The notes under the pieces are model-generated. The model made no database searches. It was given only the letters and a program-made list of their open reading frames with translations, and was not told where the DNA came from. Position numbers and translations under genes: made by a program. A DNA stretch of 64,000 nucleotides from Malacoraja senta (taxonomy: Eukaryota), in assembly GCA_038087875.1 (NCBI GenBank), contig CM075990.1, forward strand, positions 5,084,001 through 5,148,000, given 5' to 3'. Shown one piece after another: positions 13,201 to 25,200 of this stretch (the first letter of the stretch is position 1; every line of letters begins with the position of its first letter).

Positions 13201-16200
13201 TGCAAAGTGGCCTTGGTCTTTGTTTTACTATCCTAGCTTGAAGTTTTCATTTCAACCAGGTTCTCATGATATCAGGGCACGAGGGTCTCCCAGTAACCCA
13301 GACTTAAAAAATGCACAGATGCCTCTGTATATCACAGTCATTAATTGATATTTCCATCCCAGGTTTTCATGCAATATACAATACAAACGTTTAGAATCAA
13401 CATTACATACTTAAGATATATCAAATCATACTGTGCGAGTTTGAAAAAAATTCTGTTTTCAATTACGTTTATCAGAAAAGAAGCTTGCGATTGCGGCTAC
13501 TGGTTAAATGTGGAAGGTGCATAATGGATTCAACCATTTAAAGACTTAAATTAAGTTGAGTGGAAATACATTAACATAGTTCTAAACCAATTGAACACAA
13601 TCAAATTTGACCCGAATAAGAAGTTCAAATATTTTGATGTCTGATTGCATTGTCTTAATTTTCCACAATATGGTCAATTGCTAAAATATTGTTCAGTTGA
13701 GTTCCTTTTATTTATGCCAAGTTTGGTCTTCTGGTTCTTGCATAAAGTTTCTGTTTACTTCCCTTGGTTTGATGTATGTCTTTTGCCTAATTTTGCAATG
13801 TGATTGTCAGATTATACATGAAATAGCTGTGGCACATGTTCTTAGGAAAAAAGTTCTTGCATGATAGTAAGGAGTGATAACTTGTGGGGTGCTTGTACCA
13901 GTGTATTGCAAGGATTGTATATCTTAATTCAAACTATTACATTAATATCTGTAGAATGGTTAATAGTTGCTTGTTTAAATATATCAAATTGGGAAAATCT
14001 TTGCTTGTCCTGTAGCATGAATTATACTGAGTAGTTTTTCCATGGAACCTTTCCATATTCTTTGATTTTTTCAGGATTCCTTCCATGGCTACAAAACCGA
14101 CATTATGCATCAGGTGAAAGGAAGTAACAAGTGCTTTGGCTTGTTTAGCTAGCCTTGTTTAAAGGCTTATCTGTTGAATGCGAGTGTTCTTCATGGCTTG
14201 TCTCTTTTCTACATCCTAATTCGTCAAATTGCACAGGTTTTTGGTCTAATTTAGGCAGAAAGAATTCTTCTGTACAATTTAAAGATTAATCTATAGTATA
14301 TCGTGCACAGAATGTGAAGAACATTGATGATCCTTTTGAAGTTTGCATGCTTTGTAAACACGATCAAAATATTTTAGAGGCATATTTGAAAATTGCTTCT
14401 GCAGCTAACAAAATTTGAGCAGTGTTTCATGCATTATTTTGCACCAATCCACTTAATGTTAGATAGATTGAGTAGTAATCGTATTAAAGGATTCCCCTTC
14501 TTTTGACTTCTTATTGATCCCTGTAGACTGTTCTAATTTCTCAGAGGCCGGTGGTCTTTTGCTAACTCGGGTGTTCTATTCATGACCAATTAATAAGATA
14601 TGTCAAGGAGCTTCTCGGAGGGAATCTTGTGCTTCTCTCTCAAGCTGCTCGCTTTTTCTTTTCATCTGCTGAGGAATATTTTAATTTCCATCTCTTTCCC
14701 TTGAAGAGGAACCAATACATTTTGCGAAACAACTCGTGCATAAGATGGCCATGTTAATAATTGTAAATTCATTCAGACAGTAGTCATAAAGGAAATAGTC
14801 AGTGCAGAACCTTATTCATTGTTCATTCCTGCCACAGTAAATACATAAACTAATGAATTTTGTTCAGTTATTTCAGTAAATTATCACTAGGCTCCATGAG
14901 AAAAATGAACACTTTTACAATAAAAATAAGCAAACTAACAGTGAATAGTGAAAGGCTTGGATAGAGTGTATGTGGAGAGGATGTTTCCACTAGTGGGAGA
15001 GTCTAGGACTAGAGGTCATAGCCTCAGAATTAAAGGATGTTCCTTTAAGAAGATTAGGAGGAATTTCTTTACCCAGAGAGTGGTGAATGTGTGGAATTCA
15101 TTGCCACAGAAGAATGTGGAGGCCAAGTCAATGGCTATTTTTAAGGCAGAGATAGATAGATTCTTGATTAGTTTGGGTGTCAGCAGTTATAGGAAGAAGG
15201 CAAGACAATGGGGTTAGGAGAGAGATAGATCAGCCATAATTGAATGGCGGAGTAGACTTGATGGGCTGAATAGCCTAATTCTGCTCCAAACACTTATGAC
15301 CTTATGACCTAATGAAGAAAATTCCTAAAGCCCTTTACAGGTGGCTGGTGCAGGATAGGCTTCAATGGTCCATTGACTTTCCGTTCATTCATGAGATGTG
15401 CATATTAGTGGCAAGACACTAATTTATTTAACTAAAAAACTTGCTAGAAAAATACATTTCAGAGTCTGGAATCAGATGTAGGGCTAGACTAACCCTGATG
15501 ACAAATGTCCTTTATTGGAGAGCATAGGGGAATCATTGCTATTGATAGTTACATTTTACTTTTTTATTTGTTTTTTGTTTATAACTAGTCCAAACCATAA
15601 TAGCTGCCACCTTGTAGAATAAGGACAAAGCTTTAGTGATAACGAGGCTTTTGAGGTTCATCTCAATATAGAGCAGACAGAGTATTGGAAGTCCTGAAGC
15701 AGCGTTAGGAACCCTTAAGCACATTGTTCTAAACAACTAAGTGCCAAGCAAGGAATCTTTCAGGGTGTTTTGGGGTAGATTACATCAAAGATCTCCTGGT
15801 GCCAATAACAATGATACTGTGATTGAACTTTTACTGCGTTAACTTTTTTTGCATAAAATAACAATGCTACTCTTAAGTTAGTTGTAACTACGCTGAAATA
15901 ATTGCAGCCTTGCAGTGAAAGCATCATTTTGTCACAATACCTCTTTTTGTAGAAACATAGTCTCACATTATTTACTTTCAATAGGGTTCCACGATGGATG
16001 GAATGATCCTCCGGCAGTGCGGGCAGGGCAGAGAAAGAAAATCGTAAGTTGCACGTGAAAATGTATATATTTATTAAATATTGTTAACTGGGATAATCGT
16101 TTACTACAATTAGGATGAAATTGCATTAGGTATTTTATGATTTCATTTGGAATCATAGAAACATAGAAAATAGGTGCAGGAGGAGGCCATTCGGCCCTTC

Positions 16201-19200
16201 GAGCCAGCACCGCCATTCATTGTGATCATGGCTGATCGTCCCCAATCAATAACCCATGCCTGCCTTTTCCCCATATCCCTTGATTCCACCAGCCCCTGGA
16301 GCTCTATCTAACCCTGTCTTAAATCCATCCAGTGATTTGGCCTCCACTGCCCTCTGTTGCAGGGAATTCCACAAATTCACAACTCTCTGGGTGAAAACGT
16401 TTTTTCTCACCTCAGTCCTAAATGGCCTCCCCTTTATTCTAAGACTGTGGCCCCTGATTCTGGACTCGCCCAACATTGGGAACATTTTTCCTGCATCTAG
16501 CCTGTCCAGTCCTTTTATAATTTTATATGTTTCTATAAGATACCCCCTCATCCTTCTAAACTCCAGTGAATATAAGCCTAGTCTTTTCAATCTGTCCTCA
16601 TATGACAGTCCCGCCATCCCAGGGATCAATCTCGTGAACCTACGCTGCACTGCCTCAATCACAAGGATGTCCTTCCTCAAATTAGGAGACCAAAACTGGA
16701 CACAATACTCCAGATGTGGTCTTACCAGAGCCCGATACAACTGCAGAAGAACCTCTCTACTCCTATACTGAAATCCTCTTGTTATGAAGGCCAACATTCC
16801 ATTAGCTTTCTTCACTGCCTGCTGTACCTGCACGCCAACTTTCAGTGACCAGTGTACAAGGATAACCAGGACTCTGATAACCTAACCTAACCACATCTAA
16901 CTGAATAACTATTTCAGTTGCTGGCAGTGATGCTGGAGTGAATCATACGTGATGGTACTAACTGAAATAACCATTATTTTGATCCCAAGCCATTTTTGTA
17001 GGCAGTGGTCTCCGATCTCTAATCTCTTCCCCTTACACTAAATATTTTATTTTTATTATTTCTGTTATATGGAAAAGACAAACAAATCTTTTATGAAGAC
17101 GAAAATAACTGAAGATATAGGAATCTAGCAGTAAACAAAATGCTGGAGTAGCTCAGAGGGTCAGGTAGCATTTCTGGAAGACATGGCTAGGTGGCGTTTT
17201 TGGGCCGGGACCCTTCTTCGGACAGATGACATATATGTAATAAACAGTTGTTATAAACAGTATTTATACACAGCTGGTCTCAAGCTTCCAAACGTACAAT
17301 CAAATCACTGCCACCTGCTGCTTCCTTTTACCAAGAACATTTTGCATCCAATATTCTAACTCACCTTGGATCCCATGGAGTACAAACCTTTTGGATCAGC
17401 CTTCTATGTGGAATGGTAAATAGGGTTAGTGTGGTTGGGTAATTGATGTATGGCGTGGATGCTGTGGGCAGATGGCTCTATTTCTGTGCTCTTTGTGGAA
17501 AGTAGGGGAATGGAGATGATGACATTTCTCTACAACGAAACAGTATGAAATCAAGTCGAGTGACCATAAATATTCTATGCTGTGACGTTTTGAGACTCGT
17601 CTTCTCTATTTTAAATTCTATGCCATGGGTCTATAATATGACTTAAAAAATAACAATAAAGTAAAAGAGAGTGTGTTGATTCTGAATCTCATGGACAACA
17701 GAAGAAAGAATGTGCACATTTTATTCCCTCATTTCACTGCAAACTGACCACCCATGATTGCCACTCCTCAGAACTTGCCTGACCTGAAACAGGAGCATCT
17801 ATCTTGCTGATTCAATGCCTCTAAACTCAAGCAGTGAGGGTCTAAGTGGGGTCTCACATAACAAACCTCTGGCAGTCACCAGCCAAATATGAGCTTCAGA
17901 CAGTTCCAACATACATAGCTGGAACAAAGACCTTGTACCACTATATAAGTAGCGCTGTAAGATCTTTTACATCAAGCTAATGGAGTAAATGGTGTTGAAG
18001 CGTAAATGCTTCATCTTCAAAGCTGCCTATGTAGTACTGCATCAATGTGTTTGCTAGATTAAGTTGTCAAGTCTCATGTGGTGCTTATACTCATGACCTT
18101 TGAGCACTTCAAGTACAACCCCAACCCCCAACACAGCTTCCTAATATCTGTGATTAACAGTATTTCATGTTTTGTGAAATAATTTCACAACAGTGACATT
18201 CTACGATTGCAGCTACTTGAAAAAAAAGAGAATGCATAGGAAGGAACTGCAGATGCTGGTTTACACCGAAGATAGACAGATAGAAAAAAGAGAATTTTCC
18301 ATATCAGTTCACAATGGATGCAACAACAGAATATGGCTCCCAAATGGCGGTTAAAAGCAGTTCCATCGTTTTTAGAAATTGAATTAAATTTATTTTCATT
18401 CTGTTTACTATTCTTAAATAGTCCCTTGCGATTGAAGATGCTTCCTGTGTAGTTCTGAGGCAAATGTGGCATTAGAGACCCTGTCACAGGTAGGGTAGGG
18501 AGTCACAGTCAAGAGGGGTGGGTAGGTAGTTTGTGGTGATACACTACTTTTGATGCCCGCATTGGCTCGGCATATTCACTCTATCATTGGCCTTCCAAAC
18601 GGACCTCCGCCACTCCGAGCAGTTAGAGGCCAAAGGCAAGCTACAGGCAATAGTCTCCCACAAAGTATTGTCCATATAGATAATTTGTTATTTTTGGTTG
18701 CAAGATAAATATTGGCTAAATGATCAAGAGCAATGCTCTTGGTATGGGCACAGAAATACAATTAAAAAAAATTGTATTGCATGCAATCCAGTTCATTCAT
18801 AACATAATGAGTACAAAAGAGTTCAAACAGAGAAAGGAGCAGAATGCAAAATCTAACATTGCAGCTACAGAGAAAGAGCAGGTGTAAGGGTGGCAACGGG
18901 GTAGATCTGGAATGTACCCTTAGCATGTGAGCGGTTTGTTCACGAGCCTGATAACAGTGGGAAACAGTTGTTTCCAAGTGTGGTGGTACATGCTTTCAAG
19001 CATTTGTATCTTTGCCAGCTGGGGGGGGGAGGAGGGGGAAGAGGGGAAGACTGGGGTGTGAGTGGTAATTGATAATGTTGGCTGTTTTCCGAAGACCATG
19101 TGACCTATGTTGAACTTAGAAATTGATGTGTCCTTGGTGTCATGCCAAATTTCCTTTCTCTTCTGAAGATGTAGAGGCATTGGGATGTTTACTTGGCTGT

Positions 19201-22200
19201 AACTTCCATGTGGTTGGAGGGCAAGTTGTTGGTGATATTTACACGTGAACTTGAAGCTCTCGACTACTGCTCTTCTGTATATATCCATGAAATCTTTTAA
19301 GCGATCTGAGAGGCATGAAAGGGTTCATTTTAAAAACACCATTACTCTAGCATGCCTTTTGCACTGCGCTGAGTGGAGCCAAGGTTTTTGTGCACTGGTC
19401 TCTGGAATGGATCCTAAATCTGTCCACAATCTTTTGAATCGAGGCAAGAATTCTACTTGCATCTTCGTCTCATGGCACTCAACAGAGAACAATTGAACAT
19501 CAGCCATGTTAATGTAAGACTGATACGGCAAGGCTGGTAAATTTATTTTGCTCAAGGTGGCACAGTAATGCAGCAGTAGAGTTGCTTCCTTACAGCATCA
19601 GGGACCCAGGTTCTATACTGACTATGGGTGACATCTGAATGGAGTTTGTACGTTATCCCTGTAACCATGTGGGTTTTCTCCTGACGTATTGCGTACAGTT
19701 TTGGTCACCAAATCTGAGGAAAGACATTCTTGCCATAGAGGGAGTGCAGAGAAGGTTCACCAGACTGATTCCTGGGATGTCAGGAATTTCATATGAAGAA
19801 AGACTGGATAGACTCGGCTTGTACTCGCTAGAATTTAGAAGATTGAGGGGGGATCTTATAGAAACTTACAAAATTCTTAAGGGGTTGGACAGGCTAGATG
19901 CAGGAAGATTGTTCCCGATGTTGGGGAAGTCCAGGACAAGGGGTCACAGTTTAAGGATAAAGGGGAAATCCTTTAGGACCGAGATGAGAAAAACATTTTT
20001 CACACAGAGAGTGGTGAATCTCTGGAACTCTCTGCCACAGAAGGTAGTTGAGGCCAGTTCATTGGCTATATTTAAGAGGGAGTTAGATGTGGCCCTTGTG
20101 GCTAAAGGGATCAGGGGGTATAGAGAGAAGGCAGGTACAGGATACTGAGTTGGATGATCAGCCATGATCATATTGAATGGCGGTGCAGGCTCGAAGGGCC
20201 GAATGGCCTACTCCTGCACCTATTTTCTATGTTTCTATGTTCAGGTTTTCTCCCACATTCCAAAAACGTGAACGTCTGTAGGTTAATTGGCTTCGGTAAA
20301 CTGTCTCTTGTGTGTAGGATAGAACAAGTGTCTTGAGCAATTGATGAGCGGAAGGGCCTGTTTCCACGCTGTATCTATAAACTAAACTAAAGACATTGTG
20401 CAGATTGAGCTTTTAGAGTTGAATAGCTTCAAGATTGCTTTTTTTTACTGATACCAGTTTTTTGATTTCTACATTCCTTATTAAACTATATTCTCATTGC
20501 GACAGATTTGCGATTGTATTCACTGGATTATCAACCTGAAACTCCGGATCGCTAGTTCAGTAATGTAGCCATTCTGCTTCTGAATACTAAAAACTGCATT
20601 AATCATAGATCTATCCCGTGATACCAGAAAATTGAGGTCATGAAGTTTAAAACCTTGTTCTTGCCTATTAATTTATACACGTCTCAAAACGGATGCTAAT
20701 GGAGTTTTTAGTAACTTTGATTGGGGTTGAAGGTGAGCTCAGAATTCCAAATGCTTTTGTGGGGAAAAAGACTTAAGCAACTGATGCTTCCTTGGGGATC
20801 TGACTATACTACAGATGTTTTTTTGAAAGCCTTTAAAGCTTCCAGTCTGTTTTGATTGGATTTTATTGTCAAGTATATCTACTTCATTGGGTGAGAGAAT
20901 CAAGGGAATGATCCAAGGAAGGGATTATAGGTAGTGTAGGAAAAGGACTAGTCATGTGAAACTAGTGCTGTTCGTTTGTACTGCAGTATAATGCGAGTCA
21001 AAGTAGGAGGTATCTTTTTTTTAATGTCAGCAGTAATCCCCTACCTTAATCCCTCCCCCTTCCTCCCAGTAGATAATAAGAGAAAATGAAGCCATTTTAC
21101 TCAATTAAAACAAATTTGCAAAACTGAATTGATCAGGATTACTTTTAAGTAAGTGCTGATTGAATTCATTCGATATTAAGCTGTTTATGGAGAAGCACGA
21201 ATGAATAACCAAGTGTTTGTTAGCCCTACTTGAAGTTATTTAATTTTGAAGGAGAAAGATGTCATCTATTTTGCTGTGATTGTAATTGCTTTCTTCCAGT
21301 GGATTTTACAGTTCAGCAGAGTGACCTCTTCTGGACATGACGAGCTTAGAGGGTTAATCTGAAAATCCTTTTAGCTGTGGATTCATGGAACCATTAACTG
21401 CAATTTCAGTTTGTGGTGATGTGCCTGTAGTTCAGTTGGTCTGCGCGTCATTTATAGTTATTATTTGTGTTAACATTTTCCAATGATGTTAACCCTTCAA
21501 CTAACAGATTTTGGTATGGCTAAACTAATATATGTTCAAGGGAGGTGAAGACCACATATCCACAATGTTAATATTTTGATAAGCAAAGTCAAAAGCAAAG
21601 GGAATGGTGCATAAAAAATGAAAACCGCTTGAATACAATGTGAATTTGAGCTCAAATTCACATTGTATTCAAGCGGTTTTCATTTTTCTGGGAACTCAAT
21701 TCCCCATTAGATTATAGTTGTGCCAACATTCCACGTTTTTTCACATTGATTAGTGCCGTATTGATTTCTGGCATCAGTATAATAGAGTTGAAAAATAACA
21801 GTGGTATTTTCTACAGCAGACAAATTCAAACCATAGATGAATTGTGATTTAAGTTATTGCAATTTCATTGAGTTTCTACTCAATTCAATATCATTTACAT
21901 TATGTCATTAATGTAGGTAAATTAAAAAAGTCATATAGAGATCTTATAGTCATATAGAGATGTCATATAGAGATTGGTGAAATGTGGATTTTGAAGAGAT
22001 TCTTCAAGTGGGAACTGTAGTGTAAATGTTTTGGGAAGCATTCCAGAGCCCTGTGGCTGGATGACTGAAGAAATAGTTGTTAATGGTGGAGCAAGTGGAA
22101 TTGGGAATACTCATGGGTGGAACAGGAGGAATTACTTCTCCAGCTTCTCACTGTGGATGAGCTTTGTGCATAATATAATGACAGATGACCGTCCTGGATA

Positions 22201-25200
22201 TGAATTGTTTCTCATTTATTCCACCTAATTACGTTTGGTTCAGTTAGAACTGCCATTATTCATCCTCAGCTACTCCCAGTTCAGTAAGCCTCACATGCAA
22301 TCTGAGCAATACCACATGTGTCAGAGATGTAGAAAGATACACCACAGAAATAGGTTGTTATGCTCAGTGAGTCCATAGTGAATTTTACACTAATCCTACT
22401 CCAACATTTCATTCTTCCCACATTCCCATCGGCTCCCCAGTTCCCCCCACCACCACCACCAAAATAATTCTACCACTCTACATAGTCATCTACAGTGGCC
22501 AATTAACTGCTCAATCTGTACATTTTTGACATGTTGGAGAAATCCGGAGCACCCTGAGAAAATCCGTGCAGTTACAGAGAGAATATGCCAACTCATAACC
22601 AGCACTTGAGGTCAGGATTGAACCCGGGTCACTGGAGGTGTGTGGCAGCGATTCTACTAGCTGCACCTCCGTTCTTTATATTCTTCTAGTTTAACGGTAT
22701 TTTGAATACCTTGCGTCAGATTCTATGGTATATTCTCCTACTTTGCGTGCAGAAATGGTGTTAAACATAGAAACATAGAAAATAGGTGCAGGAGTAGGCC
22801 ATTCGGCCCTTCGAGCCTGCATCGCCGTTTGATATCATGGCTGATCATCCAACTCGGTATCCCATCCCTGCCTTCTCTCCATACCCCCTGATCCCTTTAG
22901 CCACAAGGGCCACATCTAACTCCCTCTTAAATATAGCCAATAAACTGGCCTCAACTTCCTTCTGTGGCGGAGAATTCCACAGATTCACCACTCTCTGTGT
23001 AAAAAATGATTTCCTCATCTCGGTCCTAAAAGTCTTCCCTCTTATCCTTAAACTGTGACCCCTAGTTCTGGACTTCCCCAACATCGGGAATAATCTTCCT
23101 GCATCTAGCCTGTCCAACCCCTTAAGAATTTTGTAAGTTTCTATAAGATCCCCCTCAGTCTTCTGAATTCCAACGTGTACAAGCCGAGTCTATCCAGTCT
23201 TTCCTCATATGAAAGTCCTGCCATCCCAGGAATCAGTCTGGTGAACCTTCTCTGTACTCCCTCTATGGCAAGAATGTCTTTCCTCAGATTAGGAGACCAA
23301 AACTGTACGCAATACTCCAGGTGTTGAACGCAGATTGCAGTATTCTTCCTGATGTTAGTGCAAAAGGTTTAAAGCGTTCCCTTTAAAGAATTTAGTTTTA
23401 AATCATTGAAGCTCCACCATTGTAATCTTCATTCTGTCGGGTGTCTCCTTTGACTACATATGCTCTAATTCCCCAGAGAGCCATTGTTTCTCTCATTTGT
23501 TTACAAATGTTTGCTAATCTTAACTTTATTTTTTTTAAAGCCTACCGAAGTCAACATTGTGATTTAAATTCATGTTCTTTGATCATGGCAATGAATCTCT
23601 GGGCTGTCGTTCTAACAAGCAACTTCTTAACTGCTTTCCTATTGCACTTTTTAGAAAAATCTTGTCTCTGCAGAAGTTGCCTTTGTCACCTGTAGAATCC
23701 AGTTCAAATCACATCACATTGATTTTTCTGTAAAATAATTTGTAATGAGTTTGTATTTTCTCCGATGACGTCAAGTATTTCCATAGGATGCTCTGGTGTC
23801 CCAAAAATGTACTGATTGTTAATTTAATATAAGCCGCTATAAATCACCTCTAATGTCGGTGGCTGACGGGACAATCAGTGGGGCATGTGAGAGAATAGAT
23901 TGCATTGAAATAACTGGGGTGATAACTGTGAACTGGCATAGATTTGATGGGCTGAATGGCCTTCTCTGTCAAAGTAAAAGGTGCCAATAATAATGAAGTG
24001 ACAAAAATCATGATTTGATTGTTGATAATTATATTGTGCCTACTTTCCTTTTTTCTGAAGCCCTCGATCACCGCACACTGCAGCAACATGCATAGTTTTC
24101 AAGCAGCATTAAAACTATCTACCTGGGGGCCTACTCTGGTAGCAGTTTACGAGTCATCAACCCATTGGGTAAAATGTGTCAACATTTTCCATATTAAAAA
24201 AAAAAATTAAAATAACCTTGTAAGAGGGGGAGGGGGGCTAGGGATAACATTCCTTTTCTTCTGAACTAGATGGTATTCCCGAGCTAAAACTTGTTTATAT
24301 TTTTTTAATCTACAAATGATGCTGCCGTGGACAGTTTAGAACAGGATCTATCAATTGCCAGGCTTTATCCTACACCTCCCCTCTTTCAACTTACTCTCTC
24401 CCACCAGAAACAGTCTGAAGAGAGGTCCCGACCAGAACCATCATCTATCCATGTTCTCCAGAGACCTACCTGTCACACTGAGTTACTCCAGCCCTTTGTG
24501 TCTTTATGTAAACCAGCGTCTGCAGTTCCTTGTATCTTCAAAAAGGACATCTTTTATTGAGGCTGAGAATGGATTTTGTATGGTAATACTGGCAAGATAT
24601 TTCATGAAACTTTGTAGATTACTTCAACATAGTTCAAAGCTCAAGAGCTTTTAATCAAATTGTCTGAGCTTTAGTGATTGTAAGATTTATAGAAAAAAAA
24701 GCAAGAACCTCACTGCTGTCACACAGGAGTAATTTGTTTTGGTTGCATGTGCACTGCTTTTGTAGGAAAGAATAATTTATTAAACTGTTCATGCTATACC
24801 GCTGGTTTCCAACTGGCCCGCTTTTTGTAAATCTCTATAAAGTGATCTTGCCAAAAACTCTGCTCTCTGCTGTCTTAATTCAGAACCTTATATTTATCCA
24901 TCAGCCCTGTTCACACCAACAGGCATTGGTTCCTGCTCTGATCGTGTCTCAATTGTAACATTTCCAACCTTTTAACTTCCTACATTAAAGAATTGTTAGA
25001 GTGCAGAACAAGTCTGTTCAGCCTATTATGTCCATGCCAGCTCTCTAACCACAGCAATTCTCTGATTCCAATCACCAACCCTCTCTCCAGTTAGTATTTT
25101 TTTCCCACCAACTCCCTCAAGAAGGCTGAGTATTCTGTTTTTTACAGAGTTGTGGGTGCCTGGCTCGTGCTGCCAGGCAGGTAATGGAGGCAGAGATATA

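Noticed and set aside
13140-13350. Further cassette exons in the sec31b intron (acceptor-like sites near 13158 and 13259)
   Set aside because: Donor sites are weak and there is no recognisable homology; cannot be supported without RNA data.
16246-16833. 195-aa ORF (and ORFs at 14948, 19639, 22845, 28840) as host genes
   Set aside because: They are CR1 ORF2 C-terminal fragments with CR1 microsatellite tails.
21930-21973. Three copies of GTCATATAGAGAT (similar micro-duplications near 9361, 30828, 43764, 44097)
   Set aside because: Ordinary slippage duplications; no spacer structure and not CRISPR-like.
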